DNA from: Nitrospirales bacterium
GTDB lineage: Bacteria; Nitrospirota; Nitrospiria; Nitrospirales; UBA8639
Assembly (NCBI GenBank): GCA_963555755.3
Contig: OY820905.2
Location: 1,088,001-1,152,000 of the forward strand
DNA: 64,000 nt
Direction of reading: 5' to 3'
Positions 8,998 to 20,159 of the stretch are shown in pieces; position 1 is the first letter of the stretch, and each line of letters begins with the position of its first letter. The notes beneath the pieces were generated by a model, which did no database searches, was not told the origin of the DNA, and saw nothing but the letters and a program-made list of their open reading frames with translations. The position numbers and the translations under genes are program-made.

Positions 8998-11900
8998 ATG
9001 AGTCACTATCACTTAGGCATTAATCTTAGCCATGATCGCGCCGCAGCGTTAGTATCCGAGGGAAAATTTTTGACAGCGATTCAGCAAGAACGGCTGGATC
9101 GTCACAAGTACAGCCTCGGGCTTCTCCAACAATCGGTCGATGATCCCAAGGCCGTTCAACTCCCGATGGAAGCGATCCTCTACTGCCTTGAACATCACAA
9201 CCTTGACCTAGCCGACGTGGACACCATTACCGCCAACATGCCGGGAATCGATTGGAGCTCTCATATCTTAAAAAGGTGTTTACCTCAAAAGGTTGCGCAT
9301 AAGATTCGATCGATTCCCAGCCACCATCTCGCACATGCCTATAGCGCCTATTGGCCTTCCGGATTTGATGAGGCTGTGATCGTCGTCGTCGATGGCAGCG
9401 GCTCGACCCATGCACACAACACGGAATCCTATTCATTGTATGAAGGGCGAAACGAGAAGATCATCCCATTGCATACGGAATATGTCCCTGCTCATCTGGC
9501 GGAACTCTCCACTCTGGGATTTTTGTATGAATATGTCACGCGCAAGGCAGGCTTTGTGACGAAGACGGGATCCAAGCTCGCCATTCCCGAAGCGGGAAAA
9601 TTAATGGGGTTAGCCCCCTATGGGAAACACCAATCACACTGGCAGGGCTGGATACATACTAAACCTAGAAACAGCAGTTGGATCACAAAAGTCCGCGCAA
9701 GTTCTTGACGCACCTGGCAAAATAAAAAAATGTCTCATCACCACCGAGGTGACCTCGACTTTTTTTATTTCACCATGTACGCCAATACCTTACACGTCTT
9801 TTTTGCGCCCAACTGCCGTTTCTAGGCTAAAGCCAACAGTTATAGCCTGGCCATTTCCGCCTATGACATTTTTCTGGAAATCGCCGCCCTCGAAAAACGC
9901 TATGACACTCAGGAGGGCAAGGCGTATCTTCGACCCTATCTTGTGGATCTTGCCTTTAAGGTACAGAAAGAATTGGAGGAGGCCCTCTTCCATATTGTTG
10001 GTCTGGCGGTCAGACAGACAGGCATTCGTAAGGTATGCCTGGCGGGCGGTGTGGCCTTGAACTCCGTGGCTAATTATAAGCTGCTGACACAATTGGGGTT
10101 GGAAGATATATTTATCTTCCCCGCAGCTGGGGACTCAGGGATAGCCGCCGGATGTGCATTGTGGGCCTATGCCACGGAAGGACAGGGCACACAACGACAC
10201 CCATTCAAAACCGCAAACCTCGGGCGTCCGTACTCATCCGACGAAATACGACAGGCGTTGGAAAAATTTTCACATGGCCTCGACATTCACGAATGTACCT
10301 CGGCACAAATCATCGAACACTCCGCACGAGCGATGGCGAAAGGACATATCATCGCCAGATTTGCGGGAGGTTCCGAATACGGACCGCGGGCGTTAGGGTA
10401 TCGCTCAATCCTGGCGGATCCGCATTTTTCCAAAATGAAAGATATTATCAATGCCCGGGTAAAATTCCGCGAAGCCTTCCGTCCGTTCGCCCCTGTCGTA
10501 CCCGAAGAAAAGGTAGGCGATATCTTCGAGCACACCCACCCGTCACCCTTTATGTTACTGATCTCACCAATCAAACCGGAATATCAGGCACACATCCCTG
10601 GCGTATCGCACCATGATGGCACGGGACGCTTACAGACCACGACCCGTGAGACACACCCCTTTCTCTATCAGCTCTGTTGGGCCATCACGACCATCCGGGG
10701 AGGGCTACCCGTTTTGCTGAATACGAGTTTTAACATGGCCGGCCAACCGATTGTTGAAACACCCGAAGAAGCCATTGAAATGTTTTTACAGACGGATATC
10801 GATTACCTCTGTTTGGAAAACTTGTGGATCACCAAACGTGACTGCCCGGTCAAGGCCTATGAAGATCATCTGGCAACCGTCAAAAAGAATCCTCATCCTC
10901 AAGGACTCGCGCCCGAACAACCGCCGGTGACGGACCTCATGAAAAAACTCGATCGCGCGTTGTTTTTTGGAGACATGGATTAATGCCCGTGGTCCTTGGA
11001 AGAGGTAACCGCACTTTCTTCACAAGGCGGTAAATACAAGGAGACCACCCGATTATTTCCGGAGAATCCATTCCACCGTCCCTTTAGTACCCATCTGTCT
11101 TCAGGTGTTGTCTTACTATTGGATCCCATGAATCAGTCTCATTTAATTGACCTGAGTTACAAAAAGAAACCAGCCAGGTATTCCTTTAGGCAAGTGCGAT
11201 TGCTGATGGCCTTGCTGGGCAATTCTTCTGATTGCCTGGACGCATTACGGATTGAAGCACAATACAGCACATCGGAATGGGAAAAAGAAATCCATTGGGG
11301 AACACAACAACTCCAGGCGTACGATTTGCCGACGATACCTTGTAAGCCGATTCCCCCGGATGATGCTCTTTCGGCACATAACACTCACACCCTGGCCCCC
11401 TTTGAAAACGAGGAATACTCTTTACGACACATCCTGCGACAGATTCGCGATGTGCTCCTGCGCAGCGAGTATACGGAAATCCATATTTGCACACTCCTTG
11501 GTCTCGATGCCCTCCAACAAATTGACCCCACCCATTTACACTATTACAATCGTTTTGTCCTGCCTGATACCGATCTCGCAGACTTGATTCGTGTTTTCTT
11601 GTTGCGTGTTGCCCTGCCTCGTCCAAAGCTGGAGACCCTGTTCGGCCAAGCCTGTTTCCAAACCCTCAGGCATCTTGGGGTACTCATCCCACGCGGGGAA
11701 GCCTTCGCGTCCCGTATCGATCTCTATGACGTGGATGGGTTTTTTATCGGGACGGATCACCGATATATGCTCCTGGATGAAGATCGAATCGCCGAAGATC
11801 CCGTCATGTATGTCGGGTTGGATAGCCTAGGCTTAGTGAATACGGCCCCACGTGATCCAGCCAATCACCTGTTGGATTTATGCACGGGATCCGGAGTACA

Positions 11901-12983
11901 AGCGATCGTCGCTAGTCGGTATGCCAAAGAGGTCATAGGTGTGGACGTCAACCCGAGAGCGATACGCTTTTCAAGATTTAATGCCCAATTAAACGGCATT
12001 GAGAATGTCACATTTCTGAAAGGCAATCTCTATGATGCCGTACATGGCAGGTCTTTCGATGGTATTTTAGCCAATCCTCCCTTTGTTCCTAGTCCTGTTT
12101 ATGATTTGGGATTTAGAGACGGCGGTCGGCAGGGAGAGGAAATTCTTGCCCAAATCATTTCGAATGCCTCACAACACTTACGTCCTCTTGGAAAATTACA
12201 TATTGTTTCCGATTTGGTGGATCTGAATAACTATGAGTCGAAATTGAGTCACTGGTGGAAGGGTGGTCCGGCACAAACACTGATTCTTCATACGGCGGAT
12301 CGGAACGAGGTATTGTTTTCCGTCCCGCACAGTCACGCGCCGTTTGGTCAAGACTTCAAGAGTTACAATCAAGAAATAGAACGCTGGATAAACAACTTTC
12401 GACGAGCGAGACTCACTGCCGTGAATTTCGGATATATCCTCATCCACCGCCTTCTCGACACCACAGCAGGGAGTTATAAGACCCGCGTGATAAGCAGTCC
12501 TCTGAAACCGATTCACGAGCAAGTGAAACAATACTTTGAGCAGCAAGCCTTATTACGTCGTCCCGATTGTAGTCAACTCTTTCTGAGTCTGAACCAGCAA
12601 ATGGTTTTTTGCACAAAATTCCAATACGGAATCACCTGTCACCAGGTCGAATTGTGTGCCCCGGATAATCCCTATTTTACAACGTATGTGTTAACGGACT
12701 CCTTACTTGAGTTGGTCAAAGAGATTGCACGTCATCAGCCTCGGCTTGGCCTTTTCCTGGCCGGCGATCACTGTGAATGTATCCTCGATCTCATCAATAA
12801 GGGTATTCTGTTGCTTGGACCTAGGCCCCACCCCCACATGATCCAGGAGGACTGGAACGGTCATGGCCAACATTCCCTGACCGCATGGGCCCCTCGGGGG
12901 ACCATATGCCTTCCATGCAGTCTATTCAAGAGTTAGCCTCCAAAACGACTCCTACTTGCTTATCCTCCTATCTCAAAGTATAA
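8998..12983 (+). pseudogene. NodU/CmcH/TobZ-type carbamoyltransferase fused to a class I SAM (NPPF) methyltransferase; broken by a MITE, an in-frame TAA (10981) and a possible 3' frameshift
   Basis: ORFs 8998, 9943 and 10996 share one frame; HHLAHAYSA, EAGKLMGLAPYG, LAGGVALN, EYGPRALG.RSIL, REAFRPFAP, LNTSFN; then LDLCTGSG and ILANPPFVP. Confidence 0.85.
9664..9826. mobile_element. MITE family A (163 bp) inserted in the carbamoyltransferase gene
   Basis: CCTAG...CTAGG ends, 5-bp TSD CTAAA (9659-9663, 9827-9831). Confidence 0.95.
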
Positions 12984-13018
12984 GGCGGGTGAATGGCGTG
13001 TAAACGGAGAAAATCGAC

Positions 13019-15229
13019 ATGGACCCTCAAAAAACCGCCCTGATACTCATCGGGTATCAAAATGAATATTTCTCGGCTGAGGGAGTCTTACGTGAGGCCA
13101 TTGAGGCTTCATCCCAGGCCACACAAATTTTGGCGAATACTTGTTATCTGGTGGACGAACTCAGGGACACTCCCGTCTTGCTCATTACCACCCCGATCGT
13201 GTTTGCCCCTGACTACCGGGAATTGGTTGATCCCATCGGAATTTTAAAATCCATCAAAGAGGCGGGCGCCTTTCAAGCCGGCACCATTGGTGCAGAGACC
13301 ATCCCGGAATTGAAAGCCTACGGGGAACGAATTGTGGAAATTTCTGGCAAGTTCGGGCTGAACGCATTTTCTAATACAAACCTTGCGTCCCTACTCCGGG
13401 CCCACGATATCACGGAAGTGGTGATTGCGGGGGTCGTCACCTCCATTTGTGTCGACTCAACGGCACGTTCTGCCGTCGAACTGGGTTTCAAAACCACCAT
13501 CCTCTCGGATTGCACCTCGGGTCGCAGTGTGTATGAACAAGATTTTTTCTGTGAGAATATATTTCCTCTTTATGCCAACGTGGTGGATCATAAGGCCTTA
13601 TTACACACGCTGAGCTTTTCCAGAACGAACTCTTCTCACCTCCCAAGCCGAGGGGACATTCAAGCCCAAATCAGTCACCGCCTGTTTGAAGAATTGGCGG
13701 CAACCGAACAACGGTATCGAACTTTGGTGGAAATACGAAACGTCGTTTTTAAATACGATCAACATGGCTGTTTGACCTTCGTCAATCCCGCTTGGGAGGA
13801 TTTGCTGGGGTACCCGATAGAGGATACGCTCGGCCGTCCTCTCACCGATTTTTTATGCGAAGAAGATCGGGAAAAGGGGCTGGCCCTCGTGACCATAGGT
13901 CCTCAAACACCAAAAAGTCGATCTGATAAGCTACGCTTTTGTCATAGTCGGGGTCATGCCCGCTGGTTTGATGTCTCTCTCAGCTTGAGTGATGATGGGG
14001 AAGGCGTTGGGTTACTTTACGATATTACCGAGCAACAGGCGGAAGAAGAACAATTACAGCATACCCTTCGCAGGACCAAGGCCATTGCCAAATCCACGTC
14101 TGATTTTCTCTCGACCATGAGTCACGAGATCCGAACCCCGATGAATGGGGTCCTCGGCATGACGGAGTTGTTATTAACCACCGAGCTTAATGAAAAACAA
14201 AAACAATATGTCGAGGCCATCAGTGTCAGCGGTGAATTTCTCCTCGCACTCCTGGACGATATTCTAGACCTCTCCAAACTGGAATCGGGCAAAATGTCCC
14301 TGAAGCGTCAACCGCTGAACATTCCTCATATGATGAAATCGTTGTACGAACTCTTCCTTCCTGAAACCACCGCGAAAGGACTTCGTCTAGACTTTGTGAT
14401 CAAGGATGATGTCCCTGTCGAGATACAGGGCGATATCACAAGACTTCGGCAAATCTTGATCAATCTGATCGGGAATGCGGTAAAATTTACCGATCGTGGG
14501 GAGGTTGAGATTTCCATCCACAAGACATCCCAAGCCATGCAAACGTTGACCTTACTTTTTTCCGTGAAAGACACGGGCATCGGGATCTCTCCAGAAAAGC
14601 AATTCACCTTATTCGAAGCGTTCACCCAAGTCGTTCCATCCACGGCACGGGAATACGGTGGAACAGGCTTGGGATTGAACATTTGTTCCAAGCTCGTCAC
14701 TCTCATGAATGGGAGGATATGGGTCGAGAGTCAGGCCGGCCAAGGAACCACGGTCTCCTTTACCATCAAGACCAAGGCACTTACTGAGAAGTCATCGGAT
14801 AAGATGGGTCAAGAGACATCCCCGCGTCTTGATCCACAGCTTGCGACACATTTTCCCGCGCGCATCCTCGTGGCGGAAGATGACCCTATTAATCAGCAGG
14901 TTATCATTGACATGCTGGCTGCAATGGGCTACCGGGCGGATATTGTCGAAACCGGCATCGACGTCGTGAAAAGATTGAACACTCACCAGTACGATGTCAT
15001 TTTCATGGATATCAAACTGCCGGAGATGGATGGGATCCAAACTACGCAACACATCTTTAAAATCATGCCGCCGGAAAGGCGTCCGTGGATTATTGCCCTC
15101 ACCGCCAATGTTCTTCAAGAAAATCGGGAACGATGCCTCGCGATCGGGATGTCCGACTTTATTACCAAACCCATTAACCCAAGGGCCTTACAATCCGCCT
15201 TAACCCGCCGGGGTACGCAAGTGACCTAG
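13019..15229 (+). CDS. hybrid sensor kinase: cysteine hydrolase (isochorismatase-like) domain - PAS - HisKA - HATPase - REC
   Basis: TALILIGYQNEYF..GK.GLNAF..AGVVTSICVDSTAR; PAS FVNPAWEDLLGY; MSHEIRTPMNG; NLIGNAVKFT, DTGIGI, GGTGLGL; VAEDD..MDIKLP..KP. Confidence 0.92.
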   Translation: MDPQKTALILIGYQNEYFSAEGVLREAIEASSQATQILANTCYLVDELRDTPVLLITTPIVFAPDYRELVDPIGILKSIKEAGAFQAGTIGAETIPELKAYGERIVEISGKFGLNAFSNTNLASLLRAHDITEVVIAGVVTSICVDSTARSAVELGFKTTILSDCTSGRSVYEQDFFCENIFPLYANVVDHKALLHTLSFSRTNSSHLPSRGDIQAQISHRLFEELAATEQRYRTLVEIRNVVFKYDQHGCLTFVNPAWEDLLGYPIEDTLGRPLTDFLCEEDREKGLALVTIGPQTPKSRSDKLRFCHSRGHARWFDVSLSLSDDGEGVGLLYDITEQQAEEEQLQHTLRRTKAIAKSTSDFLSTMSHEIRTPMNGVLGMTELLLTTELNEKQKQYVEAISVSGEFLLALLDDILDLSKLESGKMSLKRQPLNIPHMMKSLYELFLPETTAKGLRLDFVIKDDVPVEIQGDITRLRQILINLIGNAVKFTDRGEVEISIHKTSQAMQTLTLLFSVKDTGIGISPEKQFTLFEAFTQVVPSTAREYGGTGLGLNICSKLVTLMNGRIWVESQAGQGTTVSFTIKTKALTEKSSDKMGQETSPRLDPQLATHFPARILVAEDDPINQQVIIDMLAAMGYRADIVETGIDVVKRLNTHQYDVIFMDIKLPEMDGIQTTQHIFKIMPPERRPWIIALTANVLQENRERCLAIGMSDFITKPINPRALQSALTRRGTQVT

Positions 15230-15446
15230 GGATTGTCTTTTCTCTGTTAAGGTCAGGATTGGGGGGGATTTGGGGTCAATTACGGTGTTTTCTCTCAGAC
15301 ACTATTCTACACGAATCATCGGCTGTTTCCAGGGATTGTTCACCAGGCAGGCGGAGGATTCACCACCGCAAAATTGAGAAAACTCTCGTGCTCATAACAA
15401 TTTGAAGATCCAAACACCGGCTTCACTCGATCATTAAACCCAATTC

Positions 15447-15860
15447 TCATGCTTCGGGAAATGGTCCTGAGACAGCAGGAAGCTTTCGAATCTTGGTTAC
15501 ACAATCGGCATAGAGAAACACAACGCCACCAACTTTTAATACGCTCTTTTTAGGTATTTCCCGGACCACCGGGCCTAGGGCAATGTCCGTTCGGAAATTG
15601 ACTACAGCCTTACAGGCATTACGTCCTTCTTTGACAAACGAATATTCCGAATCCCTAATGAGTACCCCAGAGATACCTTCAACCTGTAATTTCCTAGGCC
15701 CCGGAACTACCTCCCAAATTTCATACCCAGGAATCTCCGACCGCACAAAAGCTCCTAGATATTCTCCCTGGCTGGAACTCTTTTCTTGGACAACCGACCC
15801 ACCTCCAGATGAAACCAAGCAATAACTAAAAATTAAGAGGCCTCCTAAAATTTTTCGCAT
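15447..15860 (-). CDS. hypothetical exported protein
   Basis: 137-aa ORF with signal-peptide-like N-terminus and AGAGGG RBS. Confidence 0.5.
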   Translation of the reverse strand: MRKILGGLLIFSYCLVSSGGGSVVQEKSSSQGEYLGAFVRSEIPGYEIWEVVPGPRKLQVEGISGVLIRDSEYSFVKEGRNACKAVVNFRTDIALGPVVREIPKKSVLKVGGVVFLYADCVTKIRKLPAVSGPFPEA

Positions 15861-16002
15861 AGCACCCTCTTTTGGGGATAAAACCTAAACTTGGCCGGAA
15901 GGGGGGGAGGGGAGATTTTCCCAAAGGAGGAATGAAGGGCCATTCCCAACCCTGACGCCATAAGGAGGCGAAGCGCTGCGTTGCCGTGAACGAACCCTTC
16001 AA

Positions 16003-16942
16003 CCTAGAAACAGCAGTTGGATCACAAAAGTCGGCGCAAGCTCTTAGGACCTACGAGAAAATAACTTGATCAATATCGCATCCAATCTTCGGGCCATCTT
16101 GGAACCTAGAAACAGCAGTTGGATCACAAAAGTCCGCGCAAGCTCTTGGCGCACCTGATAAAATACAAAAATGTCTCATCACCACCGAGGTGACCACGAC
16201 TTTTTGTATTTCACCATGCACCCCAATGTCTTACACGGCTTTTTTGCGCCCAACTGCTGTTTCTAGGTTGAACGGGCCTCAATCGAAAAACCCTCACCAT
16301 AGCTGTGCTATGCCTCGAGTGTTTCTCAATCGTTTCGTCCAAATCCGACCCAAATCTTGGCGCGATATTGATCAAGTTATTTTCTCGCAGGTCCTCAGGG
16401 CTCGCGCAAGAATAACTTCCCATTTTGGGGTGACGAGACACCTGTCTGGCAAGGCGCGAGGACTGCGCATACTCTTGGTATGTAAGGGACGAGCAACGCC
16501 GCCAGACAGGATGGATCGACGCTCAAAGATGGGAAGTTATTCTTGCGCGAGCCCTTAGGGTCCGTCACGAAATAACCGGGACAATTGGCCGAGACGATTT
16601 TGGAGCGAGCCAAGGAGCGAAGAGCGCGCATACCGGGAGTATGGAAGCGATGAGCGACGCCGGCGGAGCCCAAAAGCGTCCGGCCCTCCGGGGAGGCCCA
16701 TCTTTGGCCCGGGGCGGCGTTGCTCCTCGGTCACAGAGCCCCGCTCTGCTCCCTCGTCGCGCCTTGCCCCGATCACAAATCTGGGCCTCCCAATTGTCCC
16801 GGTTATTTCGTGACGGACCCTTAGCGCACCTGGCAAAATACAAAAATGTCTCATCACCAGAGAGGTGACCACGACTTTTTGTATTTCACGATGCGCACCA
16901 ATATCTTACGCGTCTTTTTTGCGCCCAACTGCCGTTTCTAGG
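16003..16942. mobile_element. nested MITE cluster A[ B[A] C D ]
   Basis: outer A with TTCAA TSD; B 16047-16394 containing A 16105-16267; C 16398-16554; D 16558-16820 (31-bp perfect TIR); TTA/TCA spacers. Confidence 0.9.
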
Positions 16943-16947
16943 TTCAA

Positions 16948-17387
16948 CAAGGTGGTGATCGTACTACACAGCCGGCACCATCGGCAGGCCATGCGTGTGC
17001 GCCCGCTGCCGCAGTTTCCGCGCCCCCCCACGCCGGATGCCATTGCCGTTCCGCCACAAGATACTGTCGCGTGGGCTCCGGCACCTGATAGTGTACCCGC
17101 TCTGCGGGCGGCGCGACCGATCCGCCAGCCCCGCCGTACCTTCGGCGCGAAACCGCTGCACCCATTTGTAGCCCGTCTTCCGACTAAGCTGAAACCGTCG
17201 ACACAATTCCGTCATCGAAATCTTCTGACTTTCGATCAAGTGAATCAATTCTTCCCGCAACGACATGCGATCCCTTTCAGACCAGGGCATACTGACCTCC
17301 TTGGATGGAGGTGGCAGCATGCCACAGAAGCCAAAAGTGTTACCCATGTCGCCGGTACAACTGTTACCCATGTCTATAGTCTATACA
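16948..17387 (-). pseudogene. IS481-family remnant (left end plus N-terminal HTH)
   Basis: TGT end with repeated GACATGGGTAACA; MPWSE...ELCRRFQLSRKTGYKWVQRF..EG.AGLADRSRRP then decays. Confidence 0.75.
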
Positions 17388-17437
17388 ATGGCACAGCAAG
17401 ACCGGCCTCTCCAGTGATCCTTCCAGGTGTCGTTGAA

Positions 17438-17603
17438 CCTAAAAACGGCAGTTGGACATCTCAGGTCCCTTCGACTGCCGCGGGGGCCGCGGCGCTCAGG
17501 GCGAACGGACTCTCACCCAACGGGTGACGACCACGGCACCCCGTTCGTGCTGAGGCTCTCGAAGCATGAACGGGAGAGCTGCCATGTAACTGCCGTTTTT
17601 AGG
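17438..17603. mobile_element. MITE family E (A-related TIR, different interior with REP-like palindromes)
   Basis: CCTAAAAACGGCAGTT / AACTGCCGTTTTTAGG; TSD TTGAA on both sides. Confidence 0.85.
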
Positions 17604-17739
17604 TTGAAACATTGATTGCCGACATTCTTTTGGGCGCGCAATGGGAATCTCTCAACAAAAGATTTGACCCTGTGTCGTGTGTCGAAGGGAAACAGCGAGG
17701 AGACCAGGCAATTTCAACAGTAGGGAATCATTGGTCAAA

Positions 17740-17926
17740 AGAAAACAGAAATCATTTAGGCATTAGGAAAGAAACCAGACTTTCAATCACATCCGGTACT
17801 TGAGGGCTAGCAAGCGAGATCTGGCTCATTCGATCAAATGAGCCGGAATTGCAGAAACTACGGGAGGCTGTGGATTGGAGTATTCGAGAAGTTCGTCAGG
17901 GAGGGCATACTGGAGACTATTCCTAA
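17740..17926 (+). pseudogene. second copy of the HEAT gene 3' end (att-like remnant)
   Basis: KTEII*ALGKKPDF..(frameshift)..IWLIRSNEPELQKLREAVDWSIREVRQGGHTGDYS*; 17828-17892 identical to 3642-3706. Confidence 0.88.
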
Positions 17927-18283
17927 TGTACCCAGACCCCTCCCCAGCCCCTCCCCTTCGCACCATTCGAACATAATTTCTCACCATTTTTGACTAAACT
18001 GGAAAACCCCATTTCCTCGTTTTCTGGACATAATTCCTTGGCTTTGCAGAAACATGACTATCTTTTAAGAAACAATTATGGTACAAATAAGGATCTTTTG
18101 GCGCCGGGGGTCTGGCGGTTAAAAGGTTCGTGAATAAGACCCGTAACCGATGTTGTTTTGCCGAGGAGTTCATTCGGAAGTCAGCCCAGAGTCGCCTCAA
18201 GTTCGCGCCCTCGGACCCTACCTTCCAAACGTTCGATTTTCCCCAGTTCAAGACAATGTCATGATTTTCAAAGGAGGAACCAC

Positions 18284-18619
<336 letters not shown>

Positions 18620-18645
18620 GCATCACCATGTAGTCTATACATGAG

Positions 18646-18687
18646 CGGGGTGGCTTGTTAGGAAAGCAGGCCACCCCGTTTTTTTTT
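18646..18687 (+). terminator. intrinsic terminator
   Basis: CGGGGTGGC(T)TG...CAGGCCACCCCG stem followed by a T-run. Confidence 0.8.
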
Positions 18688-18709
18688 CAAAAAAGGACTG
18701 TGGAACTTT

Positions 18710-19534
18710 CTAGTGTGGCAAAACGGAGTCCATAAACGCTTGAATCCATTTCCAGTACTCCCCACCCGCCCGTTGGATGAGATCATTGTGTCCAGCGCCA
18801 GGAATGGTCTTCCAGGTTTTTGGAGAACGACATTGATCAAACAATTTTCGCCCCAAGCCTATGGGAACAATGTCGTCCTGCTCTCCATGAATAAATAGCA
18901 TCGGCGCGGTGATACGCGGAATTTTTTCTATGGAAAAGAACGGTTCTCCTGTTAACCAAGCCAGCCACGACAGTCCCTGTTCACGAGCCATATCCCGCCC
19001 AGAAGAAAAGGAAGAAACGAGTACCAATCCCGCCAAAGACCTATCCTGGGCAATCTCAATGGCCACAGCAGCACCCAGTGACCGCCCCAAAATCATCGTG
19101 CGATTAGGAGGGAATCCAAATTTGGATTCTAGATACTCTAATGCCGATTGCCCATCAACATAGAGTCCCTGTTCACTTGGTGTTCCCTCACTCATTCCAT
19201 ACCCCCGATAGCTCAGCAAAAAAACATTCGTGCCAAGATTAGCGAGGCGAACGGCATCTGGAAGCCGATGAGAGGCATTCCCTGCATTTCCATGGAGAAA
19301 CAGCACGACCCGATCTGACGCTGACCGAGGGACAAAAAACCCTTGGAGTGTTACGCCATCGGAAGAATCAAAAAAGACTTCTTGAATAGTCGGGTCCACA
19401 TCGCGAGGATTCACTTGATTGCCAGGTACAGGATGAAAAGAAAAGAAATTCACGAGCCAATCGAATGGCCCAATGAAAGTGAGGACTAGCATATTGGCGA
19501 AAATGATTGATCCTACGGTGAGCAAAATTTTCAT
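18710..19534 (-). CDS. alpha/beta hydrolase (ABHD13/BEM46-like)
   Basis: LHGNAGN, YRGYG, GRSLG nucleophile, HGEQD, GAGHND. Confidence 0.9.
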   Translation of the reverse strand: MKILLTVGSIIFANMLVLTFIGPFDWLVNFFSFHPVPGNQVNPRDVDPTIQEVFFDSSDGVTLQGFFVPRSASDRVVLFLHGNAGNASHRLPDAVRLANLGTNVFLLSYRGYGMSEGTPSEQGLYVDGQSALEYLESKFGFPPNRTMILGRSLGAAVAIEIAQDRSLAGLVLVSSFSSGRDMAREQGLSWLAWLTGEPFFSIEKIPRITAPMLFIHGEQDDIVPIGLGRKLFDQCRSPKTWKTIPGAGHNDLIQRAGGEYWKWIQAFMDSVLPH

Positions 19535-19603
19535 GCCACTCTTTTCCGATGCATTCTCGGGAAATCACAAAGATCAAGGGATTCGTCACAACACAATAGT
19601 CAA

Positions 19604-19643
19604 CCTAGAACGGGCAGCTGGTCACAAAACAGCTGTTTCTAGG
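19604..19643. mobile_element. 40-bp minimal MITE A (ends only)
   Basis: CCTAGAACGGGCAGCTGG...GCTGTTTCTAGG. Confidence 0.6.
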
Positions 19644-19817
19644 TTTAAACTCCTCGCCTCCCCCCATTTACCTCTTGTTTCTATATCGTGCGGAAGTAAG
19701 AGAATAATGCCAATTCCAATACCGGAGGACATTGTCTAAACAGAGAACTTTTAGGATTCACACGATTCGTATTGAGGATTTAGGGATCGGGTAGGAAAAC
19801 CGCCAGATTTTTTTCAA

Positions 19818-20139
19818 CCTAGAAACGACAGTTGGGCACAAAACAGCCGTGTAAGATATTGGTGTGCATGGTGAAATAAAAAAAGTCGTGGTCACCTTAG
19901 GGTTCGCGCAAGAATACCTTCCCCGGTTTGGGCGTCGATCCATCCCGCCTGGCGGCGTTGCTCGTCCTTTCCATACAGGAGTATGCGCAGTCCTCGCGCC
20001 TTGCCAGACAGGTGTCTCAGCACCCAAACCGGGGAAGGTATTCTTGCGCGAACCCTCCGTGGTGATGAGACATTTTTTTATTTGGCCAGGTGCGCCAAGA
20101 GCTTGCGCGGACTTTTGTGATCCAACTGCCGTTTCTAGG
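19818..20139. mobile_element. MITE A containing MITE C (19900-20055) at its centre
   Basis: A TIRs with TTCAA TSD; C begins after GTCACC-TTA. Confidence 0.9.
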
Positions 20140-20159
20140 TTCAAGGTGAGTGAGTTGGA

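Noticed and set aside
16190..17527. ORFs such as 16190-16558, 16865-17527, 19758-20144, 21549-21830, 46083-46397, 49395-49787 and 60519-60758
   Set aside because: They are translations of MITE sequence (recurring LRPTAVSRL / NLETAVG peptides), not genes
3707..17827. Integrase or prophage genes in the island
   Set aside because: No tyrosine or serine recombinase or phage structural motifs found in any ORF
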